Shown one piece after another: positions 50,296 to 63,100 of a stretch of 64,000 nucleotides of DNA; the stretch's first letter is position 1, and each line of letters opens with the position of its first letter. The notes beneath the pieces were generated by a model. It searched no databases. It saw only the letters and a list, made by a program, of their open reading frames with translations, and was not told where the DNA came from. This DNA comes from Ptychomitrium polyphyllum. Lineage: Eukaryota. The stretch spans positions 20,894,001 through 20,958,000 of the forward strand of contig OZ316775.1 of the NCBI GenBank assembly GCA_973851085.1. The letters run 5' to 3'. Both the position numbers and the translations under genes were made by a program.

Positions 50296-52413
50296 TTAGA
50301 TACCATGTCCTTGCACCATGGCCGCTCGGTCCATCTCCCAACCACCCCACGCCGGCGCATGGCAAGAGCCCCCATTGCGGATACGTTTCTGGAGATGCTC
50401 AAGGCTAGCAACTCGTTGCATCGACGGCGTCCGCCGCATCTTACTGCCATGGTTGTTCTGTTGCTGGTCCTGCCGCAGCATGGAGTTGTGCCGCATCTGC
50501 TGCATGAATGGCCTTTCCATGTCGTTCCTCGTGTGAGGCGCCATAAAGCTTAAGCTGGGGTCCGGGATGAAGTTCGTCATGGGCTGACCATGCCGGGCCA
50601 CCATGTCTTCCGCCATTTTCACCTGCACACAGAAACCAGGTCGCCATCAACTTCAAGGACTTAACCATTTCGATACTCTTCGATTATTTTCGAAATCACC
50701 GAGAATCAACGTGGCTTCACAAAGTTGAGGTCGACACCTACCTTGGCACGCAGAGCTTCAACGTCTGCTTTAAGAATTCGGTTATCCACAGATGCATCTT
50801 TATGCATGTGGCTGACCTCTTGCAGTCTTTGCATGAGCGTCGAATTCTCAACTCGCAATTGTGCAACCTACAGTAATATCAAAATGAACCATAAGCCACT
50901 GTCAAAAATCTGATTTATGACAATGTCAGTTACGCAACCCTACAAACTCTACCGATGTGGGAGTTCACAGAACTAAGATATCCACTACCAAGAGCATAAT
51001 TCTCTTCGCCCAAGAATCTGAAATAAGTGTCTGTAATCTTACCTGCATTTCAAGGTCGCTCAAGTGTGCCTGCTTCCTTCGGCGTGACCGTCTGGCAGAC
51101 TCACGATTTGAGAGCATTCTGCACCACGCACAATGAACTCTGTAAGTCAGCCAACACAAGTAACGAATACTTCTACATGCAGGCAGCGCTCCTGAAACCC
51201 AAATCTCTGAATGGCAAACAAATTCTGAAAGCACTCAAATGATTCCTGAAATCGAGCTTTGCAAGTTGCACCTACCTCTTCACTCGTTTGAGCTCGCACC
51301 GTGGAAGGTCTTGGTTCAGCAAATTATGCTCGTCATCGTCAGAAAGCTCAGAACCGCTAGTAATAGGCCTGAGCTTCCCCACTGCGTCCACTTCGGGTTT
51401 TGGTGACAGCGCAAGGATGCCCACTGACAGGCTAATTTGTTTCCTGTTCGACAAAGTGTTGGCACCTGTCACGAACAATTTCAATTTAGTACGGTCCTGA
51501 AGCTCTAACTCTAAACCTCACGCAGATCGAAGTGAAAAAACAAAACCCTCAACCACCACACGAGTATCAAAAGCTGGAAAAGAGGGGCACGTTTTAAAAA
51601 GCACAACCATTTAGTTTCTTAATTCAGGTGAAAATGAAATGCGTTACCAGATAATTCGCCCGCGAATCTTGGCTGCGTAACCGCTCCAGCCGAGAGTCCA
51701 ATACTTGCACCGTCGCCATTCGACTGTTTTCGCTAACATCCCCAAACCCAAACTTGTCAACGACACCGACAAACCTCGATAACCATGCACTCAAACCTCT
51801 CCTTTGAAAACAAGGCAACTACAGGTCAAGTAACTACCAAAACCCCAAATCTGTAAGCTGATTCCCTCCAGAAACCATTAAACCCAAAACCATGCCTTTG
51901 AGAGAGAATAACAGAGGAGGTGCGCACCCTGGAGAGCGCGGCCGCCGCGCACGCCATTTCCAGTTTCTGTTTGAGAAAAACCTCGTAGTCCTGGCCACTG
52001 CCGTCGCTTGCGATGACACCGGAAGGATTGAAAGTCGCATAATCTTTCTCCCCAGTATCTTGCATGCCAGAAAACAGAGGGTTCAACGCCCCCTCAATCA
52101 CCGCCACCTCGTCCTCCTCCGCCACGAAATCCACCACGTTGTTCATGGCGCGAAGCTCCTCCGTGCTGGCGAACATGGTGAACCCAGAAGACCCGGGTTT
52201 CTGCTCCTCGACCTCCGCGGTTTGCATTCCGTTCTCCACTTTGAAGCGGCTCTTGGTGCGCTCGCCTCCCGAAGCAGCCAGAGTCTCCTTGAGAAACTCC
52301 TGGAACGCGAACTCCGACGCGCTGCGGTTCATGGTGCTCTTGAGGCCCGACGTCGACTCGCTCCAGAAGACCGCGGTGCCCACCATGTCATCAACGGAAG
52401 AAACGCGATCCAT
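50296..52413 (-). CDS. Group C bZIP transcription factor (bZIP63/Opaque2-like); exons 52413-51928, 51732-51648, 51465-51276, 51118-51043, 50867-50742, 50622-50296
   Basis: [38 protein letters not shown], basic region [24 protein letters not shown], a long zipper, and C-terminal [21 protein letters not shown]. All intron phases are consistent. Confidence 0.95.
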
Positions 52414-55400
52414 CAATCAATCAATCACTCAGTCCGTCAGTCAATCAGTCAACTGTCCTCTGCGTGCAGCACGTAACGAAGCGATGGCGACTGTGCAGAT
52501 GAGGAATCTCCTCCGTCCGGTCCGCAACTGCGAATCTCCTCTCCGGTTTCTCCCTGCACTTGGCCCGTTTAATGGACCTCCCCGAGTGGAACACCAATCC
52601 CAACCTCAGCTCGCTCCACTTCGCCAGCGACCTTCCGCTTCGGCAACACATAGGGAACCGAGTCGCAGCTCTAGTCCTTCTCAGCTTCCCAGCCGATCCT
52701 CTCCCCCTCCCCCTCCCGCACTTCTCATGCAGCACCACAACCGTCTCCCAACAACAACAACAACAAAAAACAAAACTCCCACCTTCCGCTGCTCCGCCGC
52801 TACTTGGCCTTCTCACGCCCGAGGTGCCATCTCGCATTCCATTCGCACGCGGCCTCCGCTCTCTTGCATCTCCCACTATTGCTCTCCGAACTTGCAACAA
52901 GGAAGAAACAATACCCCCTTATCACAAGCACCACCCACTTACTCTGAGAAATCGTTCCCTCCCTGCACTGTCACGAATATTCTCTGCCTCCGAGGAATGT
53001 TTTGCCTTTCTATGCGGTCGTAGAAAACCCCTCTGAAAGTCAGAACATTATGATTCCTCGAAATAGACGGCGGCACCTGTATCAATTTAAGCCTCATTGT
53101 GAATTCTAGTTTGTTTTCATTTGTGCACTAAAGATGTTTTTGGATCTGTAACTTTTTTAAATGAGAAAATGTTGTTTACCATCAGAAGGATGTTGGAGGG
53201 AGAATAAATCAGCTTTGAATCTAGAGGGATTATCATCGGAGGTGAACAACTAGATCACATGGTGCAAGAAACGAACAACTTGCATGATACCTCGGCATAA
53301 GACAACTTGAATTCAAGCTTTGATCGAACTTTAAAGTTGTCAACCACAGGGATTTAGCAAGTTTAGATACACATCCCTTACAAGGTCCTACTTACATTTC
53401 ATTCTGAAGAGATACCCGCCTGAGCATCACCATGATACCATGACTGTTAGTGAGAAATGGATACACAAAACCGTCATGGTGCCCGATACTGTCATTTTCA
53501 CCTCCAGGTCTACATTGTGTTGCAAATGTCTACGACACGCGTACAGAACGTTGAATCGGTGACAGTGACGGTATTGATACGCTTCGCTGTCTGACACGGA
53601 ATGTATCTCAATATTTTGTGGATTTGGGTCGTTGCAATGTATGCATCACATAATGTAATCTTGGCTTTGGGTGCAGCGACGGATTTAGGTGTACATATCT
53701 TGCATGAGAGGATTCTGGGTACTTGGTGCCAGCTTCGACGAAATGGGAGAGGCGGCTAGGATGTCTTGGGATGGAGAACCTTAGAGGCGACACAAGGCGT
53801 CAGATATGAATCGGACGGCGAGAAGGGGCGCTGACCTCGGAGATAGCGTCACGAGGGGCTCGCGACTCGAGTGGATAATTTTTATGCCCTTATCCACATG
53901 TGACGTGGTAGGCGTTTATTGCCCTCTAATTCGAGAAACATCGGCGCTACTACGTGAGATTACTGTTGTCAAGTACAATCATTTCCTTCTCACGTTCCGT
54001 TTTATCCCAGCCGTCCGGTTTACCATTCGAATTATTGCAAGTCTTCATGGTATTAATATTTATAGAATCAACTTAGTTTCATACAAACGACACTCCATCA
54101 GAAACGCCCGTGTCATTTTTATATTGCTATGTAATCCAAATCAACGTGTGCCATTCCCCACATCAAACAGACGTAAGTTCAAACAGACGTAAGTTAAAAA
54201 TGACGTAAAATAAATTTTAAAATAGCATATATAAAAAAATGTCGAATCGACATGTATGTCTTTAGTTAAAATGATGTTGTTGATGACATCAAAATTGTAT
54301 AGTTAAAAAGCACATTAGAATGATACAAACTCTCTTTCTGTTATACTTTTGATCTATGAAATTTTTATTTTATTTTATACATCCTTTTAACTCAAATCAC
54401 ATAGGTGTCATTCTTGCATCATTTTGATGTTGTTTTTAATCATTTTTACCATGTATCACTTTTAATATCCAGATGACATCATATGACATGAAGAGGATAA
54501 GTTATTTGTTAGTGTCATCTTAAAGTTATAACAATTATTGTTTCCAACTTTAATGATGTTGACAAGATTTTGTATTCAACTACAAAATTATAAGATCCTA
54601 TATATTATTAAATAGGAAGTTTTATGAAGACAAATAATCTTATTTTATTCCTAGATTGTTTTAAGGTTTACCTTCATAAACATATTGTTGAGAATCATTT
54701 CTTATTAAGGCCTATTGATGGATTCAAAAAAAAATTAATATCATTAACAATTGGATAACTCTAAAAATAGTAATATTTTTAAAATTTGCAAACATTTATA
54801 AAGAAAGAAAGAACAAAAGAAAGCAACATATGATCAACAATAGACTACACTTTTGGAATCCAAATAACCTTTGTATTTAAACAAAAAATGTTTTAATGCT
54901 ACTAAATTCACCAATCTTTGACTAGATTTGTAAGACATCAACTTTGGACCTTCTTATTTTTGATATTAAATGTTATTTCAAAAATCTTTTAGAAGATTCA
55001 ACAAAATTTTAGCTTAAAAATGGCTTCTTATACTTTGAAAAACGCTTATATGTTTATAAAAAGCCAGTCTTTCTTTAAATTCTTCAAATAAACAATGACA
55101 TTCCAATGGCAAGGCATTTTGAATTCAATCAAACATTGGAATTTTTCTTTCAAGATATTTTATATTAGCTAGCATCAAATGTTAAAAGGCATTAAAGAAA
55201 TTATACTCTCATTTGACACTTGTTATTAATCAATAAATCCTCAACATTGTCTAAATGTTATTTTCCAACCACTGCCATTTCCAAAGCAGTTGTAATCATT
55301 TATTTCCATAGATTCTATCACAATTTGTCTGTCCTTTAATTTTTTTAATACCATCTCTATAATTATTAATTAAATAATCAAGATGGCATGGATAAAAAAA

Positions 55401-55754
55401 CAAGACAAAGAATCAAGACAAAAAGATGGAAATAACTGGACTTTATATCAAGTACCAAGAATCACAACAAAATACAAGGCCAAAAGAGCTGAACTAGATC
55501 ATAAGAAATGGTTTGACGATACTAAAAATTCCTTCAACCTCTGCTCTTATATGTATTACAAATTTAGAATTATTTAAAATCTTTCAAGATATTACAAATA
55601 CAATATTGTATATTCAAGCAATCCAAAGATATTTTTGTAAAAGTTTTTTTAAATAAGGTAATTATTTATAAAACTTCCTAGGCCTTCTTGTACTTTCTAA
55701 AAATCTTCTTAGATATTCTTGGATTTTCTTGGTTATTCTAGAAGTTTCTAATAT

Positions 55755-56285
55755 TGTTATGGACATACATATTAAAAGCATCTAAAAAGATTCTTATAAG
55801 ACTTAGAAAGCTTCCAAGGCAATTTCTTTGACTTAAAAAACTTCCAAAGAAGTTACCTTTTGGATTAAGAAGCTTCTAAGGAAATTGCCCTAACTTAAGA
55901 AACTTCTAAGGAAGTTACCTTTGAATTAGGAAGTTACCTTTGAATTAGGAAGTTTTCAAAGAATTTGCCTGAACTAAGGAAGCTACCAAGGGAGTTACCT
56001 CGGCCTAAAAAACTTCCAAGGAAGCAACTCAAAATTGCTTGAGTACAAAGCAATGTAGGTGAAGCTTCTCAAGAAGCTTCCAAGGCTTGTAGTTCTAATA
56101 TATATAGGAGTTGAGGCTGAAGAGCTCTTCAATCTCAACAACGCATCTCTTGTGGTCTACTTCAAATCTTTTAGCCTTGTCTTTTGTACCTTATTGTAGC
56201 ATTTTACCTCTAATATATTTGAACTTATCTTGTTCCACATCTTGGAATCTTGGAGCCTTATCTTATGGTTACTCTGTCCGTAACA
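55755..56285 (+). mobile_element. LTR (531 bp) of a degenerate Ty3/gypsy element
   Basis: Termini TGTTATGGACA...TGTCCGTAACA (11-bp inverted, 1 mismatch), internal GGAAG/CTTCC repeats and a TATA-like motif near 56100. A tRNA-Met PBS-like TATCAGAGC lies at 56311-56319. No clean TSD. Confidence 0.7.
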
Positions 56286-56478
56286 AATTGTTGAGACTGA
56301 CATACAACAATATCAGAGCTTGGTTTTTCTTGATAGAAAGCGGATCACCCTTCTTTCTCAAAAATACTTTAGCATTTTAGAGGTTGCGGATTACCTTCCT
56401 CTTGACTGATACTTCCTCTTGAAATTTCTTTGATTTCTTGCGTAAATAGCGGTTTTTATCTAATCCCATTTCATTTCT

Positions 56479-58110
56479 ATGTTAGGGAGTAAAGAAGTCA
56501 ATATGACTGATTCAAAAGACACGAAGTTAGATTCCATCATCAATGCCTTTGAAGCATTGAAAATCAAGACTGAGACTTTATCCAAGCAAAACGAAGAACT
56601 GCATTTGATCATACACAATGGTCAAGGAGCAAAAACAGCGCAGTTGTTATTCTAAGTCAATTTAGGTGCTTCATTGTTTAGACTTGATTTGGTAGATGAC
56701 GGATAAGTTCAAGCTAGGAATTCAATGCCAACGACCAAAGAAACAAGAATTTGTCACAGACATAAATCATGCAACATAGTCTTTTATACATTCTAGAACC
56801 TTCTAGTATACTATAATAGCTTCTTAGAATACTTTTAGATGTCTCCATAGCCTTTTTATGTTTTTAAGAAGCTTCCTAGGAAAGTTCCTCCACCTTAGGA
56901 AACTTCCTCGGAAGGTTCTATCATCTTAGGTTATTTTCTAGGAAACTTCCTAGGAAGGTTCCATCACCTTAGGAAACTTCCTAGGAAGGTTCTACCTCTT
57001 TAGGAAACTTCCTAAGAAGGTTCCGCTACCTAAGGACTCTTCCAAGGAAGGTTCCATCTCCTTGGAAGCTTCTAAAGTAGTTTCCAATTCCTTGGAAGCT
57101 TCTTAGGAAGGTTCCAACATCTTAGGAAACTTCTTGGGCAGGTTCCCTAAACTTCCAGAACATTCTTCAGCCTTGTAGAAAGCTTCTTTAGAAGTATCCT
57201 AGGAGATACAAACGTCCTAGTATAAGTAAGAGGCAAGACAAGGTATTCCTTAGTCTTGCCAACACAAGTTGTGGATCATCTTGAATCCTGCCTTGTTCTA
57301 ATCTTTGTATCAAAGCTCTTGTTAATCATTAGCTCTTTGGAAGCTAATTCTTGGGAAACACTTCATTTCTGCTTCTTGTTTCTTGTGTCCCTAACAGAAT
57401 TAGCCTTTCAGAAAAGTTTGATGGTATACGTTTGAAATTTTGGGGCTTTGTAAACTAGTTTAATTTGATACCTTGCTTCATCCTTGGCGGTATCCTACGG
57501 ACGCTTTGCGTGTTGGTTTGGTAGGAACATTGTTCTCACAACAAACATTGTCTTGGTTCACGCCACTTTTTGAGAAGAATTCTCTCATACTTAGCAACTT
57601 TCTTGCGTTCCTAGCCGCATTTGCAGAAGCATTTACTGACCATAACAAGCTTTGTTCTGCAACTACTAAAATTTGTGCCTTGCGCCAAGGGCCACGTTCT
57701 ATGTCAATTTATGCATCAGAATTTTGACAACTTGCACTCGACATTAATTAGGGAGGAGAAGCGTTGATCAGTGATTTTCATTGGAGCATACGCAACAAGA
57801 TTAAGGATTTATTGCTATCCATGTAGGACCCCCAAACACTTGATGAGCCCATCAGTCAAGCTTTGAAGTGCGTTAATTGTCGATTTTAATGTCGATAAGA
57901 TAAAACAGACTTTGATTACGCCTCAGCCATGTACCAATTTTTCAGTAGTTTCAATCTCGTCTATTTTTAATAAGTATTTGGCAACCAAATCCATGTAAAT
58001 TAATGGAGTTTGCTTCAAGCCTCTTACTGAACAAAAAAAGAAGCGACGAAGGGAGCAAGGGTTGTGTTTGTACTGTGAAAAAGATGGCCACAAAGTTGAT
58101 AACTGCCTAG
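56479..58110 (+). pseudogene. gag: Decayed Ty3/gypsy gag (capsid + CCHC zinc knuckle), interrupted by a solo LTR
   Basis: Removing the insertion joins KETRI|SLSEKFDG. Downstream come YPTDALRVGLVG, ALRQGPRSMSIYASEF and CLYCEKDGHKVDNC, with multiple stops. Confidence 0.85.
56752..57396 (+). mobile_element. Solo LTR (645 bp) with 5-bp TSD GAATT
   Basis: TGTCACAGACA...TGTCCCTAACA flanked by GAATT at 56747-56751 and 57397-57401. Contains about 9 copies of a ~31-bp unit (ttaggaaacttcctaggaaggttcc...). Confidence 0.92.
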
Positions 58111-58252
58111 ACAAACCTCTACGTATATATTGGATGAAAGGTAAACCACCATACCGAATGTTTTGTAAAAAACAAGGATGTCCAGCCACATAGGGACCGT
58201 GCGGCTGGATCCGCTTCTTTCGTAAGAAAACAAAGGTCATATTCTATCAACC

Positions 58253-59397
58253 TGTCGCAACCCTTGCAATGCACCTTAGCAAGCGTCACGCGCGTCAACC
58301 CTGTACACCCCCACATGGACATGGTTAACCCCCATTATCACTTTCCAAGTCTTTCTACCATTTCTCTTAGGACACCCAATTTATTAGTAGCCAATAGTTA
58401 GGTGCGGACTTCCATTCATGTCCAAGGCCTCACTTGATCTTACTCCCATTCCACACGGCCTAACCGCACTTAGTGGTGTCTCCTCACCACCACTCATGAT
58501 GCCCAAGTGATCCTAAGATCACCCCGGGCCATCATGGTGTCGGCGTGAAGACACCACCCCAACTTAGTGGTAACAAGCGTACCCTTTTGAACGTGCTAGT
58601 TCCCTTCGTGAAACCGGCCGTCCACCGGCTCACAATGGTGTGGGAGTCCCCGTGGTGAAGCCCCAACACTAGCTCCACCAACCGGGACTCACCCTTGGTC
58701 TCTACCGGGACACTAGGGGAGTGGGGAGGGGGACCAGCCCTCCCTTATAGTACTCTCTGTGGGATTCGGCAGGCCCCCTGGCCCTCTAGAGCTAGCTGAA
58801 CCCCGAGACATCTAGAGTTTTGGAAGACCACCCGATCCCCCTTGGGACTTAGCCGCTGGAAGCCTTCGGGACTCCCAACGGACCTTCAGGGCGCCATATC
58901 TTCCTCATCCGGTGCCCAAATGTATCAAGCAACCACTCTATCGTCATTTACTCTTCGCGTAGATGCCGATAGACTTCTCAAACGTCCGATTTGAGTTAGT
59001 ATTGTGGAAGATACGCCTCTCCCAAGGTTCGGGACTCTTGGGGAGTCCCTCCCTGGACTGTTCCACTCCAGCACAGTCACTGTGTAGGGCTGCCACACTC
59101 CAGAACAGCCCCTTGGCAATCCCAACTTTGGGGTGCCATAACTTTTAGCTTCCATGTCCGATTTGGGCAATCCTTAGCATTCTAGAATCAGCTCTTCATG
59201 ATTCCTTTAATGCCCACGATTTATCCCTCGTGGCCCTTGATCTACATGGGCAAGGATGTTTCTCCCCCTAGGGGTCCTTCCCATGTTAGGCCCACTCGGT
59301 TCTCCTCACTATCGGCGCCACAAGTCCCGGACATCACTTCGGGGTCCCCTTTGTGCCCTTAGTGTTGCGGGCACTCCTCAGGGCGAGGTGCGCGACA
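58253..59397 (-). mobile_element. Probable 3' LTR (1145 bp) of the minus-strand chromovirus
   Basis: Ends TGTCGCAACC...GGTGCGCGACA. A purine-rich GGAGGTGAG immediately precedes the TG on the minus strand. The 5' LTR lies outside the window, so the pairing is unverified. Confidence 0.65.
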
Positions 59398-60186
59398 CTC
59401 ACCTCCAGCCAAATGGAGTCGATGCCCTCATCGACTATACTTGTAGTCGGCACACCATTTCCAAGGTTGCCATCCTGTAGTGGTGCAACATTGTGTTTCA
59501 TCCAGGGTTCGACCTCCACAATGCACTCATAAGTCTTTGGTAATGTCTCAAAGGTGTCGTTAAGGAGGTGGTCTGTTTAAGCACCCTAGACAAAAATCTT
59601 TGGGATCCTAAACTATTCTAGACCTACCTACTTTGAGATCCTCTTGGGATACACTCCCTAGTTAGGCTACACTTCCCTTACTCTTCCTTTTTAACTAGGC
59701 TGGACCTCAATGCTCCACCAAGTTGTCTTGGTTGCAAACCCAAGGTGGCTTTTATTCCACGACTCGATCGCACGGGGGTAATACCAAGTTCCGCCCAACC
59801 TGGATCCCACTATCTCAACTGAGACATGGGTTCATGACTCCCATGCACTAACTTTTGTTAGTTTGTAGGATTGGCGCTTTTATGAGCACCCTCCATTACC
59901 TTGTCCCCGCCCGAACAAGCCCGAGGCAAGGAGGTTTCATGATTTTAACTATTCCTCCTCCAAGCCTTGGACCCATTACTCGGCCTTCCCAACTTGGTTT
60001 CACATGTCTATTTCCCTTCTTCTACCAACTTAGCACAAGCACAAGACTAGGACGTCATCTTATACTCTTTTCTTTGCACACACAAAAGTTGAACTTTATT
60101 GCCATAAGTCAAAGAACCAATACATGATGTGAAGAAGTTATAACTACAAGCCACTCTCCCCCTACTTAAAGAGATTGATGTCCTCA

Positions 60187-63100
60187 TCAATGCCGACGTT
60201 GTCTTTTGTTGGAGTTCATATCCCTTTCAAAGCGTTCTACCACCTCATTGGCATTTCCCAATTCCTTGGCTGCTACCCAAGTTGCTTCCTTCTCATGGTA
60301 CCCTCTCCACTTCACCAAATACTCTTTTCCTACTTTCTTGTGGTGCCTACACTTGATAATTCCTTCCACTTCGTATTCCAAGTGGTCGCCTACCAATTCC
60401 GGCGGTGGCCGAATCACTTGTTTGCGATTGGGCCACAAGGTATCTTTTTTAAATGGCTTGAGGAGTGAGACATGAAATGTTGGGTGCGCTTTGATTTTGG
60501 GTGGTAGCTCCAACTTGTACACGTCTTTAAACATCCGCTCCACAATGGAAAACGGCCCCGCAAACTTGGACATGAACTTTGGAGTGAGGCCTTTGGGCAA
60601 GCTAAAGTTCTTCACATTCAACAATACTTTTTGGCCTACTTCATACTCCACTTCACGTCTTCCGGCATTAACTTGTTTCTCGTACCGCTTTTGTTCTTTT
60701 TCCAACAAAAGCTTCGTCTTCTCCAACATCTGTTCTCGCTTTTTGGCCAAGTCCTTACCATCTTGGTTAAACTCTAGTATTGAATGTGCCCCCTCAAGAG
60801 CTAAGTCGGCAGGCTGGAGTGGCTCCACTCCATAGGCCACCTTAAATGGCAACTGCTTTGTCGCCGAATGGTTGGCCGCGTTGTAACTGAACTCCGCAAG
60901 ACTCACATATTCCACCCAATCGCACTGGTCCGGACTCACAAAGTTCCTCAAGTATTGGTTCAAGACTCCGTTCACTTGTTCCGTTTGCCCATAAGTTTGA
61001 GGATGGAAGGCAATGCTAAAAGTCAATTTCGTTCCAACTTTCCTAAAGAAATGTTTCCAAAAAGCACTAGTGAATTTTGAATCTCGATCCGACACAATCA
61101 CTCTCGGCAACCCGTGGTGTTTCCACCATGCATCGAGGAATAGCTTTGCGGTCTCATGTGCAGTTACGGTTCGTCTAGTGGGCACCATAAGCGCCAATTT
61201 GCTAAAGCGATCCACCATCACAAAGATGGCATCATGCCCGTGCGAATCCGGAAGACTTGTGATGAAGTCCATGGATACGCTATGCCATGGACCCGGTGGA
61301 ATTGGCAAAGGTTGTAGTAGACCGGCTTGCTTTTGATAAGAAGCTCTATTGAGCTGGCACTTCACACAAGTTTTCACAAAGTCGGTGATGTCCGCTTTCA
61401 TGACCGGCCAATAGTACCTTCTTGACTCCGCCGCTATGGTGGTTTTTTTCCCTTTATGGCCGGCTATGGGACTATCGTGTTCTTCTTTCAAAATCAACAA
61501 CCGTAGTTTTCCTTGAGGCACATACACCCGACTTTGTTTGTATTTGAGCAATCCCTTCTCCAACTTAATTTCCTTAAGTTTCTTACCCTTCTTAAGCTCG
61601 CTGAGAAGCCTTTGTGCTTCGGAGTCCTTCATGTACCCCTCTCTTATCTTCCTTTCCAAATTGCCTTCTCCCTTGTACATTACTCGCAGGACTTGGGTTG
61701 TGCCCATCGCTTGCAACTCCTCTCGCCTACTTAGAGCATCCGGCACTACATTGTCACGCCCCGGCTTGTGGATCAAATCCACATTCATGAGTGTTAAGGT
61801 GTCATGCCACCTCAATTGTTTTGCACTCATTTGTGCCTACAACTCAAAGTACTTCAAGGACATGTTGTCCGTGTAGACTTTGGTTTTATGTAGGCCCAAG
61901 TAATACCGCCATGTTTTCAAACAATGCACTACGGCAAAGAATTCTTTCTCGTGCGTGGGCCACCTCTTCTGGCACCCATCCAACTTCTTGCTCTCATAGG
62001 CAATTGGCATGCCTTCTTGCATGAGCACTCCGCCAATGGCAAAGTCACTTGCATCCGTGTGGACCTCAAAGGGCTTTTCAAACTCGGGGAACTTCAATAC
62101 CGGCGGTTGTGACAACTTATCCTTGAGTTCTTGACAAGCTTGGTGACAAAATCCATCCCATACTTGGCTAGCTCCTTTCTTCAACAAATCGGACAAAGGT
62201 CTAGCAATTTTGGAGAAGTTGCGTATGAACCTCCTATAATAATTTGCTAGGCCAAGAAATGATCTCAGCCCCTTTTGTATAGAAGGTTGTTTCCACTCTC
62301 TAATTGCCTTTATCTTCCTTATGTCCGGCTTGATTCCATCATCCGTCACTATATGGCCCAAGAACTCAATCTCAAGTTGTACGAACTTACTCTTTTCTCT
62401 GTTGGCATAAAGCTTGTGGTCCCTAAGTTTTTGAAGCACCACTTTGAGGTGCCTTGCATGTTCCTCCGCCAACTTGGAGTACACCAAGATGTCATCAATA
62501 TAAACAATGACAAAGTCATCCATCTCTTCTCGAAAGATGGTATTCATGAGGGTCGTGAACGTTGAAGGAGCATTACACAACTCGAATGGCATCACCAAAA
62601 ATTCATAGGACCCATACCTAGTGCGGCATGCGGTCTTTGGCACATCTTCATCCGCAATGCGGATTTGATAGTAGCCCGACTTCAAGTCTATCCGACTAAA
62701 GTATTTAGCTCCCGCCAATCTATTAAAGAGGTCATCAATGCAAGGCAAAGGATAGTTGTTCTTGATGGTGGCTTTATTCAAGGCTCTATAGTCGACACAC
62801 ATGCGGAGGTTGCCATCCTTTTTGTCTACAAAGAGGACCGGTGCTCCATATGGCGACTTACTTGGCCTAATATAGCCTCTTTCCAACAAGTCATTCAATT
62901 GCTTCTTCAACTCCTCTAGTTCTTTTTGGTTCAACCGGTATGGAGCCTTAGAAGGGGGCTCCGTTCTTGGTATCACTTCAATTTTGTGATCCACTTCTCT
63001 TCTTGGCGGTAACTCTGCGGGCAGTTCATTGGTGAGCACATCCTTGTAACCACTTAGTACATTTTGAATGCACTTCGGAATAGTCCTAACTTCCTTGGCA

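Noticed and set aside
52064..53036. 319-aa and 158-aa plus-strand ORFs overlapping the bZIP 5' end
   Set aside because: Antisense shadows of a GC-rich first exon and leader, with low-complexity translations.
56860..57150. CRISPR-like array of palindromic ~31-bp repeats
   Set aside because: No unique spacers and no cas genes, and the repeats lie inside a TSD-flanked LTR in a plant genome.
61837..61839. Programmed readthrough of the in-frame TAG in pol
   Set aside because: The context TAG-GCA-CAA is not the CARYYA readthrough motif. The stop lies within pol and gag has other lesions, so a nonsense mutation is simpler.
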